Origin: Perna viridis
Taxonomy: Eukaryota
Reading direction: 5' to 3'
Assembly (NCBI GenBank): GCA_037379345.1
Contig: CM074521.1
Location: forward strand, 26,064,704-26,128,703
DNA length: 64,000 nucleotides
Each line of letters begins with the position of its first letter. Position 1 is the stretch's first letter. The position numbers and the translations under genes were made by a program. The notes under the pieces are model-generated. The model was not told the origin of the DNA. It made no database searches and saw only the letters and a program-made list of their open reading frames with translations. Of the stretch, positions 27,201-42,200 are shown one piece after another.

Positions 27201-30200
27201 GCCTGGTGGTGTGGCTGTACTTGAAACTTTCTCTGAGGTTGAACTTACAGCAGTGGTTACTGTAGTTGTTGATTCTATGAAAGAAAACCAATAGACACTG
27301 TAACTACATAGATCAAATTAATAGACTGATACCTACATTACAAATCAGATTTATAACAGAATTTAACACTGACTGCATGTTCAGGAAAAGATTGTGTATT
27401 CAAAACAAAGCAAAAAAAAGAACAGATGACTGGAAAATAATCAAATGACTTATTATCTAATTTCGGCAATTAGTATTCTTCAAGAAAACAATTTTAAACA
27501 ACTGATTTGATACTGCCAACATTATTCACTGAAACACCAATCAAACTGATCACTGATGTTTTGGTATATTCATTCAACCACAATAAGGCATTCACATACG
27601 TACCAACTTCAAAGCAAGCATGTATCTGTATTTGGAGTTTGACTGGTTTGTAAGCGTCAATTTTGTCCTCAGGTGTTACAATAATTTCAACTTTCTTTAC
27701 AAATGGTCTTGTTCCAACACTTGTTGCAACCTCATCCACAGGTACCTGTACAAAAATTAAAAACATGTATATACAACCTTTCTACATGTAGCAATCAAAG
27801 CATAACCATAATCACAATATTAGTTATGGAAAATGTCTAGGATTTATGAGTCATTCACTGTACGGTTTATTTGAATTGCAAAGAAAAAATCTAACATGAT
27901 AACTGCGAAGAAAGCATACCTGTTTTGTTGTCACTGAACCATCGGGATTAGTGAATTTCACTGTAAATGATTTAATGTTGTCCGTTGACACCAGCTTAAC
28001 TTCTTTTACAGGTCTTTCTTCTGACGGTGTGTATACTATGGAAAGTGTTGGTTCAGAACTTTCAAATGGAGTATCAGAGGTTGGTCTCAGGTTCTCAATA
28101 TTTCCTGTTTTGTCACTCACAGATAATTCACTACTTGGAATAAATGTAGGTGACTCCATACCATCTGTTATTTCACAAAGAGGAGTTGTACTGGCTGTTC
28201 CTGTAAAACAATCAGGTCACTCTCGTCATTACATGCAAAGAAAACATAATTTGTTATTTCTCGAACCATTTTAAGTTGACAAAATCAATTGAATTTTTAG
28301 ACAAGTGTATCATCTCTTCCAACAGAACTTTTGTACTTGACAGTTGCATAAACAGTATCAAATATTTCTGAACTAACCTGTACTTGATGTACTTGGTGGT
28401 GCAGTTGTACTGGTTACTTTCTTTGAGACAGAAGAAACAGGTGTGGTAGCAGTTGTTGTTGATTCTGCAAAATAATTAAGAATATCAATTGTTTGTGACA
28501 AAGATAAAAGATTATTGCACAACAAATGTTATGAAAACCAAAATCTTTAAAAGTATTAAAAGTATTGTCACATAACTACAATGCACAAACTGATGTCTAC
28601 CAAAAATGATGCTAAGGTATTGTTTTGTTGATTTCCACTGTTCTTAACAAATAAAATAATTAATATTCCATCATATAAAAGTCACATACCAAGTTCAAAG
28701 CAAGCATGGATCTGTACTTGGAGCTTGACTGGTTTGTAGGCATCAATCTTATCTTGAGGAGTTATGATGATTTCAACTTTCTTCACATCTGGTTCAGTTC
28801 CTACATTTGTTGCTACTTCATTCACAGGAACCTGAAATAAGGCAATATGATTTTAATCAACTACCAAATGGCAAATCATGCTCACTACCACCACATTCAA
28901 TTGCACAAAAATACACAGACAAACATCTTTCAATTTATTTGGTATGAACACTCATGAAAAAATACAGATACAAACACGACAAAAGTTCAATATCCTACCT
29001 GTTTAGTTGTCACAGTGCCATCAGGAGCAGTGAATTTCACAGTGAATGATTTAATGTTATCAGTTGAAACCAATTTCACTTCTTTTATAGGTCTCTCCTC
29101 TGAAGGTGTGTATTCCACAGAAAGTGTTGGTTGGGAACTTTCAAATGGGGTCTTAGATGTTGGTCTCAAGTCTTCAACATTTCCTGTACTATCACTAACA
29201 GACAATTCACTACTTGGAATAAATGTTGGTGACTCCATACCATCTGTTATTTCGCAAACAGGAGTTGTACTGGCAGTTCCTGTAAAGCAACAAAAACTCC
29301 AATCAATATCAGCTGCTGTAAGTTATGTTTGCCAGAAATATTACTCAACAAAACATGTTCTGTTGACTCAAAAAGTGATGGTCCACATTTTTATACAGAT
29401 GTAAGGGATATAACAAAACGTACCTGTAGTAGTAATGCCTGGTGGTGTGGCTGTACTTGAAACTTTCTCTGAGGTTGAACTTACAGCAGTGGTTACTGTA
29501 GTTGTTGATTCTATGAAAGAAAACCAATAGACACTGTAACTACATAGATCAAATTAATAGACTGATACCTACATTACAAATCAGATTTATAACAGAATTT
29601 AACACTGACTGCATGTTCAGGAAAAGATTGTGTATTCAAAACAAAGCAAAAAAAAGAACAGATGACTGGAAAATAATCAAATGACTTATTATCTAATTTC
29701 GGCAATTAGTATTCTTCAAGAAAACAATTTTAAACAACTGATTTGATACTGCCAACATTATTCACTGAAACACCAATCAAACTGATCACTGATGTTTTGG
29801 TATATTCATTCAACCACAATAAGGCATTCACATACGTACCAACTTCAAAGCAAGCATGTATCTGTATTTGGAGTTTGACTGGTTTGTAAGCGTCAATTTT
29901 GTCCTCAGGTGTTACAATAATTTCAACTTTCTTTACAAATGGTCTTGTTCCAACACTTGTTGCAACTTCATCCACAGGTACCTGTACAAAAATCAAAAAC
30001 ATGTATATACAACCTTTCTACATGTAGCAATCAAAGCATAACCATAATCACAATATTAGTTATGGAAAATGTCTAGGATTTATGAGTCATTCACTGTACG
30101 GTTTATTTGAATTGCAAAGAAAAACTCTAACATGATAACCGCGAAGGAAGCATACCTGTTTTGTTGTCACTGAACCATCGGGATTAGTGAATTTCACTGT

Positions 30201-33200
30201 AAATGATTTAATGTTGTCCGTTGACACCAGCTTAACTTCTTTTACAGGTCTTTCTTCTGACGGTGTGTATACTATGGAAAGTGTTGGTTCAGTACTTTCA
30301 AATGGAGTATCAGAGGTTGGTCTCAGGTTCTCAATATTTCCTGTTTTGTCACTCACAGATAATTCACTACTTGGAATAAATGTAGGTGACTCCATACCAT
30401 CTGTTATTTCACAAAGAGGAGTTGTACTGGCTGTTCCTGTAAAACAATCAGGTCACTCTCGTCATTACATGCAAAGAAAACATAATTTGTTATTTCTCGA
30501 ACCATTTTAAGTTGACAAAATCAATTGAATTTTTAGACAAGTGTATCATCTCTTCCAACAGAACTTTTGTACTTGACAGTTGCATAAACAGTATCAAATA
30601 TTTCTGAACTAACCTGTACTTGATGTACTTGGTGGTGCAGTTGTACTGGTTACTTTCTTTGAGACAGAAGAAACAGGTGTGGTAGCAGTTGTTGTTGATT
30701 CTGCAAAATAATTAAGAATATCAATTGTTTGTGACAAAGATAAAAGATTATTGCACAACAAATGTTATGAAAACCAAAATCTTTAAAAGTATTAAAAGTA
30801 TTGTCACATAACTACAATGCACAAACTGATGTCTACCAAAAATGATGCTAAGGTATTGTTTCGTTGATTTCCACTGTTCTTAACAAATAAAATAATTAAT
30901 ATTCCATCATATAAAAGTCACATACCAAGTTCAAAGCAAGCATGGATCTGTACTTGGAGCTTGACTGGTTTGTAGGCATCAATCTTATCTTGAGGAGTTA
31001 TGATGATTTCAACTTTCTTCACATCTGGTTCAGTTCCTACATTTGTTGCTACTTCATTCACAGGAACCTGAAATAAGGCAATATGATTTTAATCAACTAC
31101 CAAATGGCAAATCATGCTCACTACCACCACATTCAATTGCACAAAAATACACAGACAAACATCTTTCAATTTATTTGGTATGAACACTCATGAAAAAATA
31201 CAGATACAAACACGACAAAAGTTCAATATCCTACCTGTTTTGTTGTCACAGTGCCATCAGGAGCAGTGAATTTCACAGTGAATGATTTAATGTTATCAGT
31301 TGAAACCAATTTCACTTCTTTTATAGGTCTCTCCTCTGAAGGTGTGTATTCCACAGAAAGTGTTGGTTGGGAACTTTCAAATGGGGTCTTAGATGTTGGT
31401 CTCAAGTCTTCAACATTTCCTGTACTATCACTAACAGACAATTCACTACTTGGAATAAATGTTGGTGACTCCATACCATCTGTTATTTCGCAAACAGGAG
31501 TTGTACTGGCAGTTCCTGTAAAGCAACAAAAACTCCAATCAATATCAGCTGCTGTAAGTTATGTTTGCCAGAAATATTACTCAACAAAACATGTTCTGTT
31601 GACTCAAAAAGTGATGGTCCACATTTTTATACAGATGTAAGGGATATAACAAAACGTACCTGTAGTAGTAATGCCAGGTGGTGTGGCTGTACTTGAAACT
31701 TTCTCTGAGGTTGAACTTACAGCAGTGGTTACTGTAGTTGTTGATTCTATGAAAGAAAACCAATAGACACTGTAACTACATAGATCAAATTAATAGACTG
31801 ATACCTACATTACAAATCAGATTTATAACAGAATTTAACACTGACTGCATGTTCAGGAAAAGATTGTGTATTCAAAACAAAGCAAAAAAAAGAACAGATG
31901 ACTGGAAAATAATCAAATGACTTATTATCTAATTTCGGCAATTAGTATTCTTCAAGAAAACAATTTTAAACAACTGATTTGATACTGCCAACATTATTCA
32001 CTGAAACAGCAATCAAACTGATCACTGATGTTTTGGTATATTCATTCAACCACAATAAGGCATTCACATACGTACCAACTTCAAAGCAAGCATGTATCTG
32101 TATTTGGAGTTTGACTGGTTTGTAAGCGTCAATTTTGTCCTCAGGTGTTACAATAATTTCAACTTTCTTTACAAATGGTCTTGTTCCAACACTTGTTGCA
32201 ACTTCATCCACAGGTACCTGTACAAAAATCAAAAACATGTATATACAACCTTTCTACATGTAGCAATCAAAGCATAACCATAATCACAATATTAGTTATG
32301 GAAAATGTCTAGGATTTATGAGTCATTCACTGTACGGTTTATTTGAATTGCAAAGAAAAACTCTAACATGATAACCGCGAAGGAAGCATACCTGTTTTGT
32401 TGTCACTGAACCATCGGGATTAGTGAATTTCACTGTAAATGATTTAATGTTGTCCGTTGACACCAGCTTAACTTCTTTTACAGGTCTTTCTTCTGACGGT
32501 GTGTATACTATGGAAAGTGTTGGTTCAGTACTTTCAAATGGAGTATCAGAGGTTGGTCTCAGGTTCTCAATATTTCCTGTTTTGTCACTCACAGATAATT
32601 CACTACTTGGAATAAATGTAGGTGACTCCATACCATCTGTTATTTCACAAAGAGGAGTTGTACTGGCTGTTCCTGTAAAACAATCAGGTCACTCTCGTCA
32701 TTACATGCAAAGAAAACATAATTTGTTATTTCTCAAACCATTTTAAGTTGACAAAATCAATTGAATTTTTAGACAAGTGTATCATCTCTTCCAACAGAAC
32801 TTTTGTACTTGACAGTTGCATAAACAGTATCAAATATTTCTGAACTAACCTGTACTTGATGTACTTGGTGGTGCAGTTGTACTGGTTACTTTCTTTGAGA
32901 CAGAAGAAACAGGTGTGGTAGCAGTTGTTGTTGATTCTGCAAAATAATTAAGAATATCAATTGTTTGTGACAAAGATAAAAGATTATTGCACAACAAATG
33001 CTATGAAAACCAAAATCTTTAAAAGTATTGTCACATAACTACAATGCACAAACTGATGTCTACCAAAAATGATGCTAAGGTATTGTTTCGTTGATTTCCA
33101 CTGTTCTTAACAAATAAAATAATTAATATTCCATCATATAAAAGTCACATACCAAGTTCAAAGCAAGCATGGATCTGTACTTGGAGCTTGACTGGTTTGT

Positions 33201-36200
33201 AGGCATCAATCTTATCTTGAGGAGTTATGATGATTTCAACTTTCTTCACATCTGGTTCAGTTCCTACATTTGTTGCTACTTCATTCACAGGAACCTGAAA
33301 TAAGGCAATATGATTTTAATCAACTACCAAATGGCAAATCATGCTCACTACCACCACATTCAATTGCACAAAAATACACAGACAAACATCTTTCAATTTA
33401 TTTGGTATGAACACTCATGAAAAAATACAGATACAAACACGACAAAAGTTCAATATCCTACCTGTTTTGTTGTCACAGTGCCATCAGGAGCAGTGAATTT
33501 CACAGTGAATGATTTAATGTTATCAGTTGAAACCAATTTCACTTCTTTTATAGGTCTCTCCTCTGAAGGTGTGTATTCCACAGAAAGTGTTGGTTGGGAA
33601 CTTTCAAATGGGGTCTTAGATGTTGGTCTCAAGTCTTCAACATTTCCTGTACTATCACTAACAGACAATTCACTACTTGGAATAAATGTTGGTGACTCCA
33701 TACCATCTGTTATTTCGCAAACAGGAGTTGTACTGGCAGTTCCTGTAAAGCAACAAAAACTCCAATCAATATCAGCTGCTGTAAGTTATGTTTGCCAGAA
33801 ATATTTCTCAACAAAACATGTTCTGTTGACTCAAAAAGTGATGGTCCACATTTTTATACAGATGTAAGGGATATAACAAAACGTACCTGTAGTAGTAATG
33901 CCTGGTGGTGTGGCTGTACTTGAAACTTTCTCTGAGGTTGAACTTACAGCAGTGGTTACTGTAGTTGTTGATTCTATGAAAGAAAACCAATAGACACTGT
34001 AACTACATAGATCAAATTAATAGACTGATACCTACATTACATATCAGATTTATAACAGAATTTAACACTGACTGCATGTTCAGGAAAAGATTGTGTATTC
34101 AAAACAAAGCAAAAAAAAAGAACAGATGACTGGAAAATAATCAAATGACTTATTATCTAATTTCGGCAATTAGTATTCTTCAAGAAAACAATTTTAAACA
34201 ACTGATTTGATACTGCCAACATTATTCACTGAAACACCAATCAAACTGATCACTGATGTTTTGGTATATTCATTCAACCACAATAAGGCATTCACATACG
34301 TACCAACTTCAAAGCAAGCATGTATCTGTATTTGGAGTTTGACTGGTTTGTAAGCGTCAATTTTGTCCTCAGGTGTTACAATAATTTCAACTTTCTTTAC
34401 AAATGGTCTTGTTCCAACACTTGTTGCAACTTCATCCACAGGTACCTGTACAAAAATCAAAAACATGTATATACAACCTTTCTACATGTAGCAATCAAAG
34501 CATAACCATAATCACAATATTAGTTATGGAAAATGTCTAGGATTTATGAGTCATTCACTGTACGGTTTATTTGAATTGCAAAGAAAAACTCTAACATGAT
34601 AACTGCGAAGGAAGCATACCTGTTTTGTTGTCACTGAACCATCGGGATTAGTGAATTTCACTGTAAATGATTTAATGTTGTCCGTTGACACCAGCTTAAC
34701 TTCTTTTACAGGTCTTTCTTCTGACGGTGTGTATACTATGGAAAGTGTTGGTTCAGTACTTTCAAATGGAGTATCAGAGGTTGGTCTCAGGTTCTCAATA
34801 TTTCCTGTTTTGTCACTCACAGATAATTCACTACTTGGAATAAATGTAGGTGACTCCATACCATCTGTTATTTCACAAAGAGGAGTTGTACTGGCTGTTC
34901 CTGTAAAACAATCAGGTCACTCTCGTCATTACATGCAAAGAAAACATAATTTGTTATTTCTCGAACCATTTTAAGTTGACAAAATCAATTGAATTTTTAG
35001 ACAAGTGTATCATCTCTTCCAACAGAACTTTTGTACTTGACAGTTGCATAAACAGTATCAAATATTTCTGAACTAACCTGTACTTGATGTACTTGGTGGT
35101 GCAGTTGTACTGGTTACTTTCTTTGAGACAGAAGAAACAGGTGTGGTAGCAGTTGTTGTTGATTCTGCAAAATAATTAAGAATATCAATTGTTTGTGACA
35201 AAGATAAAAGATTATTGCACAACAAATGTTATGAAAACCAAAATCTTTAAAAGTATTAAAAGTATTGTCACATAACTACAATGCACAAACTGATGTCTAC
35301 CAAAAATGATGCTAAGGTATTGTTTCGTTGATTTCCACTGTTCTTAACAAATAAAATAATTAATATTCCATCATATAAAAGTCACATACCAAGTTCAAAG
35401 CAAGCATGGATCTGTACTTGGAGCTTGACTGGTTTGTAGGCATCAATCTTATCTTGAGGAGTTATGATGATTTCAACTTTCTTCACATCTGGTTCAGTTC
35501 CTACATTTGTTGCTACTTCATTCACAGGAACCTGAAATAAGGCAATATGATTTTAATCAACTACCAAATGGCAAATCATGCTCACTACCACCACATTCAA
35601 TTGCACAAAAATACACAGACAAACATCTTTCAATTTATTTGGTATGAACACTCATGAAAAAATACAGATACAAACACGACAAAAGTTCAATATCCTACCT
35701 GTTTTGTTGTCACAGTGCCATCAGGAGCAGTGAATTTCACAGTGAATGATTTAATGTTATCAGTTGAAACCAATTTCACTTCTTTTATAGGTCTCTCCTC
35801 TGAAGGTGTGTATTCCACAGAAAGTGTTGGTTGGGAACTTTCAAATGGGGTCTTAGATGTTGGTCTCAAGTCTTCAACATTTCCTGTACTATCACTAACA
35901 GACAATTCACTACTTGGAATAAATGTTGGTGACTCCATACCATCTGTTATTTCGCAAACAGGAGTTGTACTGGCAGTTCCTGTAAAGCAACAAAAACTCC
36001 AATCAATATCAGCTGCTGTAAGTTATGTTTGCCAGAAATATTTCTCAACAAAACATGTTCTGTTGACTCAAAAAGTGATGGTCCACATTTTTATACAGAT
36101 GTAAGGGATATAACAAAACGTACCTGTAGTAGTAATGCCTGGTGGTGTGGCTGTACTTGAAACTTTCTCTGAGGTTGAACTTACAGCAGTGGTTACTGTA

Positions 36201-39200
36201 GTTGTTGATTCTATGAAAGAAAACCAATAGACACTGTAACTACATAGATCAAATTAATAGACTGATACCTACATTACAAATCAGATTTATAACAGAATTT
36301 AACACTGACTGCATGTTCAGGAAAAGATTGTGTATTCAAAACAAAGCAAAAAAAAGAACAGATGACTGGAAAATAATCAAATGACTTATTATCTAATTTC
36401 GGCAATTAGTATTCTTCAAGAAAACAATTTTAAACAACTGATTTGATACTGCCAACATTATTCACTGAAACACCAATCAAACTGATCACTGATGTTTTGG
36501 TATATTCATTCAACCACAATAAGGCATTCACATACGTACCAACTTCAAAGCAAGCATGTATCTGTATTTGGAGTTTGACTGGTTTGTAAGCGTCAATTTT
36601 GTCCTCAGGTGTTACAATAATTTCAACTTTCTTTACAAATGGTCTTGTTCCAACACTTGTTGCAACTTCATCCACAGGTACCTGTACAAAAATCAAAAAC
36701 ATGTATATACAACCTTTCTACATGTAGCAATCAAAGCATAACCATAATCACAATATTAGTTATGGAAAATGTCTAGGATTTATGAGTCATTCACTGTACG
36801 GTTTATTTGAATTGCAAAGAAAAACTCTAACATGATAACTGCGAAGGAAGCATACCTGTTTTGTTGTCACTGAACCATCGGGATTAGTGAATTTCACTGT
36901 AAATGATTTAATGTTGTCCGTTGACACCAGCTTAACTTCTTTTACAGGTCTTTCTTCTGACGGTGTGTATACTATGGAAAGTGTTGGTTCAGAACTTTCA
37001 AATGGAGTATCAGAGGTTGGTCTCAGGTTCTCAATATTTCCTGTTTTGTCACTCACAGATAATTCACTACTTGGAATAAATGTAGGTGACTCCATACCAT
37101 CTGTTATTTCACAAAGAGGAGTTGTACTGGCTGTTCCTGTAAAACAATCAGGTCACTCTCGTCATTACATGCAAAGAAAACATAATTTGTTATTTCTCGA
37201 ACCATTTTAAGTTGACAAAATCAAATGAATTTTTAGACAAGTGTATCATCTCTTCCAACAGAACTTTTGTACTTGACAGTTGCATAAACAGTATCAAATA
37301 TTTCTGAACTAACCTGTACTTGATGGTGCAGTTGTACTGGTTACTTTCTTTGAGACAGAAGAAACAGGTGTGGTAGCAGTTGTTGTTGATTCTGCAAAAT
37401 AATTAAGAATATCAATTGTTTGTGACAAAGATAAAAGATTATTGCACAACAAATGTTATGAAAATCAAAATCTTTAAAAGTATTGTCACATAACTACAAT
37501 GCACAAACTGATGTCTACCAAAAATGATGCTAAGGTATTGTTTTGTTGATTTCCACTGTTCTTAACAAATAAAATAATTAATATTCCATCATATAAAAGT
37601 CACATACCAAGTTCAAAGCAAGCATGGATCTGTACTTGGAGCTTGACTGGTTTGTAGGCATCAATCTTATCTTGAGGAGTTATGATGATTTCAACTTTCT
37701 TCACATCTGGTTCAGTTCCTACATTTGTTGCTACTTCATTCACAGGAACCTGAAATAAGGCAATATGATTTTAATCAACTACCAAATGGCAAATCATGCT
37801 CACTACCACCACATTCAATTGCACAAAAATACACAGACAAACATCTTTCAATTTATTTGGTATGAACACTCATGACAGAATACAGATACAAACACAAGAA
37901 AAGTTCAATATCCTACCTGTTTTGTTGTCACAGTGCCATCAGGAGCAGTGAATTTCACAGTGAATGATTTAATGTTATCAGTTGAAACCAATTTCACTTC
38001 TTTTATAGGTCTCTCCTCTGAAGGTGTGTATTCCACAGAAAGTGTTGGTTGGGAACTTTCAAATGGGGTCTTAGATGTTGGTCTCAAGTCTTCAACATTT
38101 CCTGTACTATCACTAACAGACAATTCACTACTTGGAATAAATGTTGGTGACTCCATACCATCTGTTATTTCGCAAACAGGAGTTGTACTGGCAGTTCCTG
38201 TAAAGCAACAAAAACTCCAATCAATATCAGCTGCTGTAAGTTATGTTTGCCAGAAATATTTCTCAACAAAACATGTTCTGTTGACTCAAAAAGTGATGGT
38301 CCACATTTTTATACAGATGTAAGGGATATAACAAAACGTACCTGTAGTAGTAATGCCTGGTGGTGTGGCTGTACTTGAAACTTTCTCTGAGGTTGAACTT
38401 ACAGCAGTGGTTACTGTAGTTGTTGATTCTATGAAAGAAAACCAATAGACACTGTAACTACATAGATCAAATTAATAGACTGATACCTACATTACAAATC
38501 AGATTTATAACAGAATTTAACACTGACTGCATGTTCAGGAAAAGATTGTGTATTCAAAACAAAGCAAAAAAAAGAACAGATGACTGGAAAATAATCAAAT
38601 GACTTATTATCTAATTTCGGCAATTAGTATTCTTCAAGAAAACAATTTTAAACAACTGATTTGATACTGCCAACATTATTCACTGAAACACCAATCAAAC
38701 TGATCATTGATGTTTTGGTATATTCATTCAACCACAATAAGGCATTCACATACGTACCAACTTCAAAGCAAGCATGTATCTGTATTTGGAGTTTGACTGG
38801 TTTATAAGCGTCAATTTTGTCCTCAGGTGTTACAATAATTTCAACTTTCTTTACAAATGGTCTTGTTCCAACACTTGTTGCAACCTCATCCACAGGTACC
38901 TGTACAAAAATCAAAAACATGTATATACAACCTTTCTACATGTAGCAATCAAAGCATAACCATAATCACAATATTAGTTATGGAAAATGTCTAGGATTTA
39001 TGAGTCATTCACTGTACGGTTTATTTGAATTGCAAAGAAAAACTCTAACATGATAACTGCGAAGAAAGCATACCTGTTTTGTTGTCACTGAACCATCGGG
39101 ATTAGTGAATTTCACTGTAAATGATTTAATGTTGTCCGTTGACACCAGCTTAACTTCTTTTACAGGTCTTTCTTCTGACGGTGTGTATACTATGGAAAGT

Positions 39201-42200
39201 GTTGGTTCAGAACTTTCAAATGGAGTATCAGAGGTTGGTCTCAGGTTCTCAATATTTCCTGTTTTGTCACTCACAGATAATTCACTACTTGGAATAAATG
39301 TAGGTGACTCCATACCATCTGTTATTTCACAAAGAGGAGTTGTACTGGCTGTTCCTGTAAAACAATCAGGTCACTCTCGTCATTACATGCAAAGAAAACA
39401 TAATTTGTTATTTCTCGAACCATTTTAAGTTGACAAAATCAATTGAATTTTTAGACAAGTGTATCATCTCTTCCAACAGAACTTTTGTACTTGACAGTTG
39501 CATAAACAGTATCAAATATTTCTGAACTAACCTGTACTTGATGTACTTGGTGGTGCAGTTGTACTGGTTACTTTCTTTGAGACAGAAGAAACAGGTGTGG
39601 TAGCAGTTGTTGTTGATTCTGCAAAATAATTAAGAATATCAATTGTTTGTGACAAAGATAAAAGATTATTGCACAACAAATGTTATGAAAATCAAAATCT
39701 TTAAAAGTATTGTCACATAACTACAATGCACAAACTGATGTCTACCAAAAATGATGCTAAGGTATTGTTTTGTTGATTTCCACTGTTCTTAACAAATAAA
39801 ATAATTAATATTCCATCATATAAAAGTCACATACCAAGTTCAAAGCAAGCATGGATCTGTACTTGGAGCTTGACTGGTTTGTAGGCATCAATCTTATCTT
39901 GAGGAGTTATGATGATTTCAACTTTCTTCACATCTGGTTCAGTTCCTACATTTGTTGCTACTTCATTCACAGGAACCTGAAATAAGGCAATATGATTTTA
40001 ATCAACTACCAAATGGCAAATCATGCTCACTACCACCACATTCAATTGCACAAAAATACACAGACAAACATCTTTCAATTTATTTGGTATGAACACTCAT
40101 GACAGAATACAGATACAAACACAAGAAAAGTTCAATATCCTACCTGTTTTGTTGTCACAGTGCCATCAGGAGCAGTGAATTTCACAGTGAATGATTTAAT
40201 GTTATCAGTTGAAACCAATTTCACTTCTTTTATAGGTCTCTCCTCTGAAGGTGTGTATTCCACAGAAAGTGTTGGTTGGGAACTTTCAAATGGGGTCTTA
40301 GATGTTGGTCTCAAGTCTTCAACATTTCCTGTACTATCACTAACAGACAATTCACTACTTGGAATAAATGTTGGTGACTCCATACCATCTGTTATTTCGC
40401 AAACAGGAGTTGTACTGGCAGTTCCTGTAAAGCAACAAAAACTCCAATCAATATCAGCTGCTGTAAGTTATGTTTGCCAGAAATATTTCTCAACAAAACA
40501 TGTTCTGTTGACTCAAAAAGTGATGGTCCACATTTTTATACAGATGTAAGGGATATAACAAAACGTACCTGTAGTAGTAATGCCTGGTGGTGTGGCTGTA
40601 CTTGAAACTTTCTCTGAGGTTGAACTTACAGCAGTGGTTACTGTAGTTGTTGATTCTATGAAAGAAAACCAATAGACACTGTAACTACATAGATCAAATT
40701 AATAGACTGATACCTACATTACAAATCAGATTTATAACAGAATTTAACACTGACTGCATGTTCAGGAAAAGATTGTGTATTCAAAACAAAGCAAAAAAAA
40801 GAACAGATGACTGGAAAATAATCAAATGACTTATTATCTAATTTCGGCAATTAGTATTCTTCAAGAAAACAATTTTAAACAACTGATTTGATACTGCCAA
40901 CATTATTCACTGAAACACCAATCAAACTGATCACTGATGTTTTGGTATATTCATTCAACCACAATAAGGCATTCACATACGTACCAACTTCAAAGCAAGC
41001 ATGTATCTGTATTTGGAGTTTGACTGGTTTATAAGCGTCAATTTTGTCCTCAGGTGTTACAATAATTTCAACTTTCTTTACAAATGGTCTTGTTCCAACA
41101 CTTGTTGCAACCTCATCCACAGGTACCTGTACAAAAATCAAAAACATGTATATACAACCTTTCTACATGTAGCAATCAAAGCATAACCATAATCACAATA
41201 TTAGTTATGGAAAATGTCTAGGATTTATGAGTCATTCACTGTACGGTTTATTTGAATTGCAAAGAAAAACTCTAACATGATAACTGCGAAGGAAACATAC
41301 CTGTTTTGTTGTCACTGAACCATCGGGATTAGTGAATTTCACTGTAAATGATTTAATGTTGTCCGTTGACACCAGCTTAACTTCTTTTACAGGTCTTTCT
41401 TCTGACGGTGTGTATACTATGGAAAGTGTTGGTTCAGAACTTTCAAATGGAGTATCAGAGGTTGGTCTCAGGTTCTCAATATTTCCTGTTTTGTCACTCA
41501 CAGATAATTCACTACTTGGAATAAATGTAGGTGACTCCATACCATCTGTTATTTCACAAAGAGGAGTTGTACTGGCTGTTCCTGTAAAACAATCAGGTCA
41601 CTCTCGTCATTACATGCAAAGAAAACATAATTTGTTATTTCTCGAACCATTTTAAGTTGACAAAATCAATTGAATTTTTAGACAAGTGTATCATCTCTTC
41701 CAACAGAACTTTTGTACTTGACAGTTGCATAAACAGTATCAAATATTTCTGAACTAACCTGTACTTGATGTACTTGGTGGTGCAGTTGTACTGGTTACTT
41801 TCTTTGAGACAGAAGAAACAGGTGTGGTAGCAGTTGTTGTTGATTCTGCAAAATAATTAAGAATATCAATTGTTTGTGACAAAGATAAAAGATTATTGCA
41901 CAACAAATGTTATGAAAACCAAAATCTTTAAAAGTATTAAAAGTATTGTCACATAACTACAATGCACAAACTGATGTCTACCAAAAATGATGCTAAGGTA
42001 TTGTTTTGTTGATTTCCACTGTTCTTAACAAATAAAATAATTAATATTCCATCATATAAAAGTCACATACCAAGTTCAAAGCAAGCATGGATCTGTACTT
42101 GGAGCTTGACTGGTTTGTAGGCATCAATCTTATCTTGAGGAGTTATGATGATTTCAACTTTCTTCACATCTGGTTCAGTTCCTACATTTGTTGCTACTTC

